This document shows positions 27,932 to 37,571 of a DNA stretch of 64,000 bases, in pieces. The position numbers were made by a program, and so were the translations under genes. The notes beneath the pieces are model-generated. The model was not told where the DNA came from. It saw only the letters and a program-made list of their open reading frames with translations, and did not search any database. Source of the DNA: a virus; the IMG/VR virus record IMGVR_UViG_3300031857_016023, positions 32,001-96,000 of that record; one strand, given 5' to 3'. Each line of letters begins with the position of its first letter. Position 1 is the stretch's first letter.

Positions 27932-28366
27932 TTATTTTGTGATGCTACGAAGCATCCATTGGTGTTTACTATGAGTATCAATACGACCTGCAATAAAATC
28001 AGCAAGCCCTTGTTTGTCAAATTGATCTGCTAATTTAAAAGCAACATTTAAAGTGGCAAGAACTCTTTCGTTATCAGTCATTAAACGGCGAGCCATTTCT
28101 ACACCTGCAGGTACAGAAGTTTCATCTTCAATCTCTGATAGTTCCATAAAACGAGTGAAAGAACCTGGTGCATATGTGTCTAAAGAACGAATCTGTTCGG
28201 CAATTGGATCTACCGCACCATGCAGTTCTTCATAGAGATTACCAAAGAATTCATGGTATTGTGGAAAATTAGAACCTTCCACATTCCAATGGTAGTTGTG
28301 AGCTTTAAGGTATAATGCAAAAGTATCTGCAAGAACCTTCTTCATTATTTCTTGTAAAGTTTCCAT
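27932..28366 (-). CDS. dps: Dps-family ferritin-like DNA-protection protein
   Basis: LYLKAHNYHWNVEG..F..YHEFF..LYEE...DPIAEQIR, KHQWML. Confidence 0.93.
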   Translation of the reverse strand: METLQEIMKKVLADTFALYLKAHNYHWNVEGSNFPQYHEFFGNLYEELHGAVDPIAEQIRSLDTYAPGSFTRFMELSEIEDETSVPAGVEMARRLMTDNERVLATLNVAFKLADQFDKQGLADFIAGRIDTHSKHQWMLRSITK

Positions 28367-28370
28367 GGTT

Positions 28371-28757
28371 TTATTTATTTTCTTTCAATTGTTTAAGTAG
28401 TTCTGCCGTAGATCCAACAAATACAGCTTTATCTATGTTCAAATTTTGAGTATTGTTTGTGGTCTTTGGTTGTAAATCTTGTTTGCGTTTCTGTACCTCT
28501 AATAAATCTTTATTCATATCTGCAAGGTTTTTCAACATACCTGCTACAACCTCAAATGCTCTTGGGTGATCAGATTGTTTGGCAACAGAAATGATATGGT
28601 CTGCTGCATCATTACCTTTTTCAATTAAATCACGAAGGTTTTGTCTAGCAAACTCAGCATCATCTTCAACAGTATCTTTTACTTCTACAATTTCTGTTGT
28701 TATTGGTATTGGTTCTATCTCTAATGCTTCAGATAATTTCTCATTTAATTTTTTCAT
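28371..28757 (-). CDS. gp16: Terminase small subunit
   Basis: DAEFARQNL, SDHPRAFEV, AVFVGSTAELLK. Confidence 0.92.
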   Translation of the reverse strand: MKKLNEKLSEALEIEPIPITTEIVEVKDTVEDDAEFARQNLRDLIEKGNDAADHIISVAKQSDHPRAFEVVAGMLKNLADMNKDLLEVQKRKQDLQPKTTNNTQNLNIDKAVFVGSTAELLKQLKENK

Positions 28758-28790
28758 ATTAAAGTATTATTAACTATTATGTTTTAATTT

Positions 28791-31700
28791 TTAATATTCT
28801 GGAAGATCATTACCATTTTCGGGATCAACATTTGCTTTTTTGATAAACAAAACTAACGATCCACCAGGCTTTATATCAACCCATTTATCATAAGGGCTAA
28901 TATATCCTACTTGTACAGGACTACTCCTATAGGCATTAGAATTGTCAACAGTATAACCATGAATTCCGACATTCCCACCCCAGGCCCACATAGTACCATT
29001 GGTTTTCATAGCTCCAGCTGCACCGTGAGCATCAAATGTCATATGCCAATTAGTATTGGCACCAATTTGATTAGGTGAAGATCGGCTAACGCCACCCCCT
29101 TCAGAATTACCTGTGATGCCGTATAATTGACTCCCAGTCGCCCAAAGTGTTCCATCTGTTTTAACAAAAAGAAGGTTTTGGTTTAAAAGTGTAACCGATT
29201 TCCAATTAGTTTCAGTACCTAATTGTGTTGGAGATGACCTTCTTACAACTACTCCTTCATTTAATCCAAGTTTACCGTAAGCATTTCCACCCCATAACCA
29301 AAGTGTTCCATCATCTTTTAAAGCAGCTTTGCCACCATTTCCTATTCTGTCCGAAAATAATTTTTTCCAACCAGCATATGTTCCAACTTGAGTTGGACTT
29401 GATCTATTGGCTGTATCATTAAGACCTAATTGAGCAACAGCATTTTTTCCCCAAGTCCATAAAGTTCCAGTACCTTTTAAAGCCATTACACTATCAACAC
29501 TAGCTATAACATCTGTCCAAGTATTACTTGTTCCTATTTGCACAGGTGAAGAAAATGCAGCATTAAAAGCACCATCTAAACCTAATTCTCCACTTGATTG
29601 TGTGCCCCAACCCCAAAGTGTTCCATCCATCTTTAAAGCAACAGTAAAATCTAATCCTTTACTGACAGTTCTCCAACTACCACCTCCAAGGACTTGTACA
29701 GGAGAACTTATATAATTAGTTGCATTATCACCTCTTTGACCACCAGTTCCCGTTCCCCAAGACCATAAAGTGCCATCTGTTTTGATGGCTGATCCTGTTT
29801 TTATTTGGGTATAACCTGCACCTGTAGCCAATTTTTTCCAATTTGTAGCTGTTGTAAGTTGAACTGGTGAAGAAATATTTTGGCCTGGACGTCCTAGTAA
29901 AATACCATTACTGAAACCGTCACTACCAATTCCCCACAATTGTCTTTCAGGACCACCACTACCACTAGAAGCCGCCGCAGCTGCAGCATTGGCCGCAGCA
30001 AAGGCACCGTTAGCATATACACCAGCAGAAGTAGCATTGACATTTGCTGAGTTAGCAGCTGTAAATGCAGCAGTAATAGAATTGTTTTGTGTTATATTTG
30101 TAGTAGTAGCTGCATTAGCAGCAGCAAAGGCACCATTAGCATAAACTCCAGCAGAAGTAGCAATGACACTTACTGTATTGGAATTAGCAAAGGCACCGTT
30201 AGCATAAACTCCAGCAGAAGTAGCAACGGCATTTGCTGAGTTAGCAGCTGTAAAAGCAGCATTAGCATGGATAAAAGAACTGTTAGCATGAATAAAAGAA
30301 CTGTTAGCATGAATGAAAGCAGCATTAGCATGATTTCTAGCAAAACTATCAGAAGCGAATAAAGCTGCATTTGCAGCTGCAAAAGCACCATTAGCGTAAA
30401 TACCAGCAGAATTAGCAGCTATGAAAGCATTGTTAGCATGAATGAAAGCAGCATTAGCAACAGCAAAAGCACCAACACTATTAGCTGCATTAGCTAATGC
30501 AGAATGACTAATAATTACAATATTGCCATTAGAAAAATTAGCTGAAGCTCCGTTTTCATATTTGTAAATTTTACCTTCAGCTGACGTAGGAACTTTCCAA
30601 TATACAGAACCAGCAAATTTAGGGGTACTGCTATAAGATGCGCCAGTTATAGAACTTGTATTAGCAGTAGAAACATAAGCTACATTTCCTGTAAATTCAG
30701 TATTACTATCATCAAGAAGTCTAAAGTAACTAGAACTTCCACTACGATCTTGGTTAAAATTAAAATCAAAAACATATGTTTGACCTGATATAACATATAT
30801 TGTTGGGTAATTTCCTGAATATTGATCTATTTGCCAATTGGCTCCACTAGCTCCTTCAGTAATTCTAAATTTTGTAGCTGCAGGTGTTAATGATCTATAA
30901 ATTGCTGTGTTTGATGCGGTATTAGCAGCACTAAATGCAAGACCACCATCAGCTGGACTTTGTACTCTAATAGAACCAAAAATTGAATTATATGTGGTAT
31001 CACCGTAGCCAAGAGTGGTATTACCAACTAAACTGGTAGGTGCGGTCCAATATAAAATACCATTTGTATATCCAGATGTTGCATTTGAAGTAACTACTCC
31101 AGAAGATGAAACGTGTGTAACTCCTGAGAGAGCACTACCGCTTGCAAAAGGAGAAGCGGTATATAATTTAAAACCACCAAAACCAGAACCTTCTATAGCA
31201 CTAACGTCAAAAGCATATGTTTGCCCAGCAATAACATTTAATGTTGGGCTATTAGCTGTTGGACCAGCAATATCAGGAAATCTATAACGAAAAGAAATTC
31301 CGCCTTCTTGGAAAACAACAAGTCTTTGTTTTGTAGCTGAAATAAAATTTGTTCTATAAGCAATATTAGCAGTATTATTGGCAGTATTTGCTGTCAAAAA
31401 CGCTGCGTTAGCAGTATTTCTTGCAACTTGATCTGCTCCACTAGCATTGTTAGCAGCTAAAAATGCAGCATCAGCAGTATTTTGTGCATTGGTAATATTG
31501 GTATTCTGTGTAGCATTAACACCAGCTTCATTGTTAGCTGCTGCAAAAGCAGCTGTAATGCTATTATTTTGTGTAGTGTTTATACCATCAATATTATTAG
31601 CAGAAGCAAAAGATGCATTTGCTGTATTATAAGCACCATCAATATATGTTTGTAAATTTTGGTTGTTTAATGTAATTAATTGAGTTTTTAAGTTAGCATT

Positions 31701-33980
31701 AAGAGTTGCTTTTTTGAATGAAGGATCTGTAATAATAACGTCATTATTCGCACCAATTTCACCTGTATAACCTTCAAACAGTTGCCACTCTTTTGTTCCG
31801 TGATCTCGAATTAAACCAGTATGAGCATTGACACCATCGTTATAGTGTGCTGAAATACCAATATCTAATAAATCGGAAGTATAATTGCCAGCACCAAGAA
31901 GAATAACAGTATCATTAGCAACGATTGTTGTAGCACTTATAGTAAATGTATTTCCTAAAACACTTAGGTTACCTGTAATGCTAACATCACCAGTAATTGT
32001 TCCGCCGTTGTTTGCATTGAGGGAATTATTAGCACGAATAAATGCGGCGTTTGCTGTATTAAAAGAAGGTTGTATTTGAGGAAATACATTATTAGCTGCA
32101 TTGAAGGAAGCATTAGCGTGAATAAATGCAGCATCACCGGTATTTTGAGCATTGGTAATATTGGTATTCTGTGTAGCATTTACACCAGCTTCATTGTTGG
32201 CTTTAAGGAAAGCCGCATCACCGGTATTTTGAGCGTTGGTAATGTTTGTATTTTGTGTAGCATTAACACCAGCTTCATTATTAGCTTTGGCAAAAGCACC
32301 ATTAGCCGTAGTAAAAGCTGGTTCAATTTGTGGTGCTACATTATTAGCTGAAGCAAAAGCTGCATTAGCATGATTTCTAGCATAAGGATCAATCTCATCA
32401 CCAGGCACATAGGCTGTAGTTTGAACTGTGCTATCAGGAAATGTTATTGTTCCATCTTTATTAAAATTCCATTGTGAGAAGGTTGCACCACCAGTATTTG
32501 CTTGTATTATAACCTCTGTATTTGCATATACTGTTGATACACCTGTTGCTAGAGCAATAAAACCAGAAACATCAGTATCAACATTTGCGGTAATTGCTAT
32601 TTGATTTGTTGGTAAATTTAATATTCCACCACCGCCACCAAATTTTAAATCTCCGGTCATTGTGTCGCCGGACTTACTTACTTTGGTGTTAGCAGAAGCA
32701 AAAGCTCCATTAGCAGTATCTCTTGCAACTTGATCTGAACCTGAGATTTGTGTTGGTGGTTGCCCGCCAACAGAAACAGCCAAAGTACCATTTTGATTGC
32801 TTAATACTAACCCACCTAAATCAATTGATCCTGGCCCAACATAAAGAGAATGCCAACGATTAGAATCTGAACCAAGGTAATAAGTGTTAGTAGTGGTTGG
32901 TAATAAATTTCCACTAATTGCACCGCCAGTATTTGCATTAAGAGAATTGTTAGCACGAATAAATGCAGCATCACCGGTATTTTGAGCGTTGGTAATGTTT
33001 GTATTTTGTGTAGCATTAACACCAGCTTCATTGTTGGCTTTAAGGAAAGCCGCATCACCGGTATTTTGAGCATTGGTAATATTGGTATTCTGTGTTGCAT
33101 TTACACCAGCTTCATTATTGGCTGCATTGAAAGAAGCATTAGCATGAACGAAACCGGCATCTGCTGTATTTTGAGCTATTGTTATATTGGTGTTTTGAGT
33201 TGCATTAACACCAGCTTCATTATTGGCTGAAGCAAAAGCACCATTAGCATAAAATCCTGCTGAAGTACCTTTATTATCTGCTGTTGCAGCTGCTGTTCTA
33301 GCTACGTTGTCGATTGATGCACCACCTGATATAGTATTAGCATAATCAAATGCAGCATTAGCATAATTCCAAATATACGATATATTGGTATTTTGAGTTG
33401 CATCTACTGTATTGGAATAAGCAGCTGCACTATTAGCAACATCAAATGATGCATTAGCATGGCCAAAAGAACTGTTAGCATGGTTCCTAGCAAATTGTAT
33501 ACTGGTATTCTGAGAATCACTTACGGTATTGGAGTAAGCAGCTGCACTATTAGCAATATCAAATGAAGCATTAGCATGGTTCCTAGCAAATTGTATACTG
33601 GTATTCTGAGAATCACTTACGGTATTGGAGTAAGCAGCTGCACTATTAGCAATATCAAATGAAGCATTAGAATGGTTTCTAGAATAAGGATCAACCTGAG
33701 TATCACTTACAATAGTATTAGCGTAATTAAAAGCAGCTTGAGCAAGAACACTAGCTGAATTAGCAGCTGTAAAAGCTCCATTAGCGTAAATACTAGAACT
33801 ATTGGCTAATGCAAATCCAGCGTTAGCTTGTAAAAATGCAGCACTAATGCTATTGTTTTGTGTGCTATTTGTATTGTATAACTCAGTAAAGTTATTGTTT
33901 GTTTTGGTAAATCCAACTCTTATTCGATCACCAGTTCCATCGTTTGCAACTGTACCAATATTAATCGATTCTTTTGCCAT
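28791..33980 (-). CDS. Long fibre-like virion protein: gp9/gp10-like N-terminus, Asn/Ala heptad stalk, C-terminal RCC1/BLIP-II-like propeller
   Basis: INIGTVANDGTGD..R..F.K.N.NF.ELY; many AxxxANxA repeats; repeated KTDGTLWxWG / SSPVQ. Confidence 0.85.
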   Translation of the reverse strand: MAKESINIGTVANDGTGDRIRVGFTKTNNNFTELYNTNSTQNNSISAAFLQANAGFALANSSSIYANGAFTAANSASVLAQAAFNYANTIVSDTQVDPYSRNHSNASFDIANSAAAYSNTVSDSQNTSIQFARNHANASFDIANSAAAYSNTVSDSQNTSIQFARNHANSSFGHANASFDVANSAAAYSNTVDATQNTNISYIWNYANAAFDYANTISGGASIDNVARTAAATADNKGTSAGFYANGAFASANNEAGVNATQNTNITIAQNTADAGFVHANASFNAANNEAGVNATQNTNITNAQNTGDAAFLKANNEAGVNATQNTNITNAQNTGDAAFIRANNSLNANTGGAISGNLLPTTTNTYYLGSDSNRWHSLYVGPGSIDLGGLVLSNQNGTLAVSVGGQPPTQISGSDQVARDTANGAFASANTKVSKSGDTMTGDLKFGGGGGILNLPTNQIAITANVDTDVSGFIALATGVSTVYANTEVIIQANTGGATFSQWNFNKDGTITFPDSTVQTTAYVPGDEIDPYARNHANAAFASANNVAPQIEPAFTTANGAFAKANNEAGVNATQNTNITNAQNTGDAAFLKANNEAGVNATQNTNITNAQNTGDAAFIHANASFNAANNVFPQIQPSFNTANAAFIRANNSLNANNGGTITGDVSITGNLSVLGNTFTISATTIVANDTVILLGAGNYTSDLLDIGISAHYNDGVNAHTGLIRDHGTKEWQLFEGYTGEIGANNDVIITDPSFKKATLNANLKTQLITLNNQNLQTYIDGAYNTANASFASANNIDGINTTQNNSITAAFAAANNEAGVNATQNTNITNAQNTADAAFLAANNASGADQVARNTANAAFLTANTANNTANIAYRTNFISATKQRLVVFQEGGISFRYRFPDIAGPTANSPTLNVIAGQTYAFDVSAIEGSGFGGFKLYTASPFASGSALSGVTHVSSSGVVTSNATSGYTNGILYWTAPTSLVGNTTLGYGDTTYNSIFGSIRVQSPADGGLAFSAANTASNTAIYRSLTPAATKFRITEGASGANWQIDQYSGNYPTIYVISGQTYVFDFNFNQDRSGSSSYFRLLDDSNTEFTGNVAYVSTANTSSITGASYSSTPKFAGSVYWKVPTSAEGKIYKYENGASANFSNGNIVIISHSALANAANSVGAFAVANAAFIHANNAFIAANSAGIYANGAFAAANAALFASDSFARNHANAAFIHANSSFIHANSSFIHANAAFTAANSANAVATSAGVYANGAFANSNTVSVIATSAGVYANGAFAAANAATTTNITQNNSITAAFTAANSANVNATSAGVYANGAFAAANAAAAAASSGSGGPERQLWGIGSDGFSNGILLGRPGQNISSPVQLTTATNWKKLATGAGYTQIKTGSAIKTDGTLWSWGTGTGGQRGDNATNYISSPVQVLGGGSWRTVSKGLDFTVALKMDGTLWGWGTQSSGELGLDGAFNAAFSSPVQIGTSNTWTDVIASVDSVMALKGTGTLWTWGKNAVAQLGLNDTANRSSPTQVGTYAGWKKLFSDRIGNGGKAALKDDGTLWLWGGNAYGKLGLNEGVVVRRSSPTQLGTETNWKSVTLLNQNLLFVKTDGTLWATGSQLYGITGNSEGGGVSRSSPNQIGANTNWHMTFDAHGAAGAMKTNGTMWAWGGNVGIHGYTVDNSNAYRSSPVQVGYISPYDKWVDIKPGGSLVLFIKKANVDPENGNDLPEY
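33475..33670. repeat. Perfect 96-bp tandem duplication inside the fibre gene
   Basis: 33475-33570 is identical to 33571-33666 and encodes NASFDIANSAAAYSNTVSDSQNTSIQFARNHA. Confidence 0.9.
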
Positions 33981-33982
33981 TT

Positions 33983-35104
33983 TTATTCCCTGTCTACGGT
34001 ATAAATGATTGTATCTGCTCCAAATAATGTACTATCACCAAAAGGCACATATGTATCTTGAACATCTTGTTCTGGCCATTCCGCTATATCAGTTAAAAAT
34101 CCAAAATCTCCATCATATTCAGCATTTCTTGGAACAGCCCTAGTCACAATTGATACTGCCTTAACTGGCAAAATATCAATCTCTGTTATTTTATAATTTG
34201 CTTTTGTATAATCACCAATTACATTATCATTTACTTTTAGTAATTCTGTTAGTTCACCTAAAATTAAAATTCCTGAGCTAGTATTACTGAAATAAACTAC
34301 TTTACCTGTAATTTCATTTGTACCATTTCTATTTACACGAATTGTTTCGCCTGTGCTAAAGTAATTATTTCCTGTAGAATAATTTACATAAACTTTTTGA
34401 GCATCACGTTTTTGATTATCAATAAAAATATTTGTGTTTGCAGTACCATATCGACCTGTTATTGGACTAAAGGCACCGATAATAGATGTATTACCTGTTA
34501 TGTTAGGCCACAGATAACTTTTAACAGTAAACTCTAAATCCCAAACAATTAAACGAGTGGTTCCATCACTTAAACCACCTTCATAATCTGTAGTCATATT
34601 TACAGAATTTAATATAATTGGCATATCATATTTTTGATCCATACTTGGAATCATGTTTACAGTAACAGTAAAATCAGGTTTAAAAAATGGCAATATTTGT
34701 TCTACAATTTGTGTGCCATCTTCTGTGTTGCGAACAAAAATTGACATACTAAAATTGAAATCATACGGTACAGGAACATACTGAGATTCTAAACGACCAC
34801 TTGAATTTTTAGAAAAATTCTTTAATAGTGATTGTTGTTTACGGCTATTGTCATAAGACATACCGGTAAGTTCAAATGAAATTCTTGGTACGGAAACAGC
34901 AATTGATTTTGTTAAAGTTGGATCAGATTCGATAGCTGTTAACCAACGCTCTTTTGAACCATAAGTTAATGGTACTTTAAATATTTCAAAATTTGTTGCG
35001 CCGTCTTTAGATGTTCTTTGTATTTGAAGATCATTGAAAATTGTTCCAAATGCTACAACAACCTTGCGAATTGAACGATTATAATATTGTGATTTGCCTA
35101 GCAT
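33983..35104 (-). CDS. gp15: Tail sheath stabiliser / completion protein
   Basis: SIRKVVVAFGTIFN, VPLTYGSKE, PRISFE, QIVEQILPFF. Confidence 0.95.
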   Translation of the reverse strand: MLGKSQYYNRSIRKVVVAFGTIFNDLQIQRTSKDGATNFEIFKVPLTYGSKERWLTAIESDPTLTKSIAVSVPRISFELTGMSYDNSRKQQSLLKNFSKNSSGRLESQYVPVPYDFNFSMSIFVRNTEDGTQIVEQILPFFKPDFTVTVNMIPSMDQKYDMPIILNSVNMTTDYEGGLSDGTTRLIVWDLEFTVKSYLWPNITGNTSIIGAFSPITGRYGTANTNIFIDNQKRDAQKVYVNYSTGNNYFSTGETIRVNRNGTNEITGKVVYFSNTSSGILILGELTELLKVNDNVIGDYTKANYKITEIDILPVKAVSIVTRAVPRNAEYDGDFGFLTDIAEWPEQDVQDTYVPFGDSTLFGADTIIYTVDRE

Positions 35105-35994
35105 TATGGTTCACCAAATGGGTTTGTTTCAGTAAAATCAATAATGCCATCAGATTCGGATTCAATTCTTGCGTTATCTTGTATATCTTCAAAGGCAGTA
35201 TTCATGTATGCGGTATCATTTACAGATAGAACTGTCCAATCAGCTAAACTTGTATTGCCTTTTATTGCTGCACCTGAAACAAAAGTTCCTCTTGTTAAGA
35301 TTATATCTATATGAGTATTTGGAACAAAGTCATAAACTTGAGCTTGTGCTGTTGCATAAGTTAAGTTTGCGCCTTGATAGATAATCTCATCATTAACAAA
35401 TTTACCATTACCACCAACACTCAAAGCAATTTTTGTTCTTGGATAGTAACTGCGAATTTGATTATCAATTTCTGGAATACCAACTTCAACAACTTCATTA
35501 GAAAATACATATTGTTTAAGTTTTAATCCATAAACATAAACATTACCACCACGACCACGACCCAAAGTATAGAACATAGCTTGATCATTTTCATGTTCTA
35601 CAAATGTAATCTCAAAGAAGTTTCGTAGTAAAGGAATATAAAGCAAGTCGCCTTCTAAAGGCCTTGTCATTGGTATTACTGCTTGAAATCTTCGGCGAGA
35701 AACTAAGAATTGAACCTCATCACGAATTTCTAAACCAAATTTAGATATAAAATCTTGTTCGCCATCCATACCCGTAACATTTTCCAAATACATTTCAATT
35801 GGGTAAGCATTTACATACTGTTTAAGTGTATCTTCTCCATATAAAAAATCAACTTCATCACGACTTGAACGTGGAAGATAGTAAACATCCATACCATATA
35901 TTTGTAAAGCTTCAATAACCAAATCTTCAATGAGCAATTGCTCAGAAGTTATTTGACTAGAAGGAAAGTTATTGAAGTATAGATTGGTTGCCAT
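35104..35994 (-). CDS. gp14: Neck protein
   Basis: EALQIYGMDVYYLPR, SKFGLEIRD, RPLEGDLLY, DFTETNPFG. Confidence 0.95.
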   Translation of the reverse strand: MATNLYFNNFPSSQITSEQLLIEDLVIEALQIYGMDVYYLPRSSRDEVDFLYGEDTLKQYVNAYPIEMYLENVTGMDGEQDFISKFGLEIRDEVQFLVSRRRFQAVIPMTRPLEGDLLYIPLLRNFFEITFVEHENDQAMFYTLGRGRGGNVYVYGLKLKQYVFSNEVVEVGIPEIDNQIRSYYPRTKIALSVGGNGKFVNDEIIYQGANLTYATAQAQVYDFVPNTHIDIILTRGTFVSGAAIKGNTSLADWTVLSVNDTAYMNTAFEDIQDNARIESESDGIIDFTETNPFGEP

Positions 35995-35999
35995 TCATT

Positions 36000-36953
36000 T
36001 TAACCTGTAATTATCTCACTTGGCAAACTGTTAAATTGATATAATTCTTCTTCTACTTCTTTGATTTCTGCTCTAGCTTCTTCTGCAATACGAACACCAT
36101 CCAATGTTACACCTCCTGGCATTTGTATACCAGAAAACTTAGAAAGGTTATTACCCCATTGAAGTTTGATTAAAGCAGTAGCATACTTTTTAAGGAATCG
36201 ATCATTCCAAACATCAGAAATGCCTGTAACTGTGGCCGTTCCACTTGCTAAATTTGAAGCAAGAGGACTTTGTAATTCTAATGTTGTTGGTGAAATAATT
36301 TTTTTAACCTGTTTTGATTCACCATTGATATTGATGAAATCATTTTCTAATAATTCTTGGTCAAAAATGGTATTTGTTCCTGTTACAGTATTTGCGGTTG
36401 TATTTCCAGACATTGTACCGGTTAAAGTTACTGTATCTGGCCGCATAGCTCTATAGCATTTAACAATTACATAATCACCAACTTCTAAATCTCTAGACCA
36501 ATCTATGTCTAAAAATACTTTATTTTGTTTACGATTGAAACGAAATTGTGGTGTGCCAGAAAACAACAATTGTAATGAGCGAATGTGTTGCATGGTAATC
36601 TCATATGACACATACGATACCGATGTAAAGTCATAAAGATCATGCAAGCGTAATTGATACCGCAAATCAAACATATTGATTGACGAATTTGAATCATCAA
36701 ATGGAAATACTGCGGTAACAAAAGTCACCGAATCAGGACAATATATCCAACCACGTTGAATATCTTCTGATGATATACGGTGTTTCATATACATTTCTTC
36801 TACACCATCAAAATGATAATCTTCAAAAAATTGAAGAGCATCATCAATACGATCATCTACTTGATCATCATCAACATTTATATCAATAACGGGCCAACCT
36901 AGACGCCGCAGGCAATAATTTTTAAATGTTGCTCTTGTTGTAGGATTAGCCAT
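36000..36953 (-). CDS. gp13: Neck protein
   Basis: YCLRRLGWPVIDINV, YHFDG, QWGNNLSKFSGIQMPGGVTLDG. Confidence 0.95.
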   Translation of the reverse strand: MANPTTRATFKNYCLRRLGWPVIDINVDDDQVDDRIDDALQFFEDYHFDGVEEMYMKHRISSEDIQRGWIYCPDSVTFVTAVFPFDDSNSSINMFDLRYQLRLHDLYDFTSVSYVSYEITMQHIRSLQLLFSGTPQFRFNRKQNKVFLDIDWSRDLEVGDYVIVKCYRAMRPDTVTLTGTMSGNTTANTVTGTNTIFDQELLENDFININGESKQVKKIISPTTLELQSPLASNLASGTATVTGISDVWNDRFLKKYATALIKLQWGNNLSKFSGIQMPGGVTLDGVRIAEEARAEIKEVEEELYQFNSLPSEIITG

Positions 36954-36980
36954 ATATTATTTGAATGTTTTTGTTTTTAA

Positions 36981-37310
36981 TTATAAAGCTGCAATTGCAG
37001 TTTTAAAATCATTATATGTTGCAGAATTAGCTACTAAAACTTTTAAATTAGCAATAGTAATTGTTGTACTATTAATACCATTAGCACGATCAAAAGAAGC
37101 ATTAGCTTGATTTCTAGCATAAGTATCAACCTGTACATCACTTACTTCAAAGTTTCCAGTACTAGAATTGTATATTAATATATCACCTTCTTTAACACCA
37201 CTTAAATTTACTCCACTTATATCTGATATATCAATTTTGGCCGAATAGTTCTGTGAAACAATTGACGGCCTAGTTGCTTGCCGTATCTTTACTATGCCTA
37301 CCTTGGACAC
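36981..37310 (-). CDS. Small structural protein, paralogue of 45851-46153
   Basis: Shared pattern GxVxI..SQN....DV...GD.L.YN..TG.FE. Confidence 0.65.
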   Translation of the reverse strand: MSKVGIVKIRQATRPSIVSQNYSAKIDISDISGVNLSGVKEGDILIYNSSTGNFEVSDVQVDTYARNQANASFDRANGINSTTITIANLKVLVANSATYNDFKTAIAAL

Positions 37311-37322
37311 TTTATTTCTTTT

Positions 37323-37517
37323 TTAAGGTAGAATAGGGGTCAACTCAGGCATATTAAATTCACGATTAGTAGTATAGATTACTCTACCACCATATTGCAC
37401 AACATGCTCATCAGCGCTCGAAAGACGAGCACAAAGGTTCATGGCAGCCGTTATTGGCAAATTTACTTCATAGAAACGATGAAATCCAGGGTACATTGCT
37501 AAAAGTTCATTATACAT
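37323..37517 (-). CDS. Hypothetical protein
   Basis: AAGGA RBS before the ATG at 37517; CATAAATA at 37557-37564. Confidence 0.55.
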   Translation of the reverse strand: MYNELLAMYPGFHRFYEVNLPITAAMNLCARLSSADEHVVQYGGRVIYTTNREFNMPELTPILP

Positions 37518-37571
37518 TTGACTGTCCTTAAAAAAATAAAAAAACAATAGTTCTTCTATTTATGCTATTTG

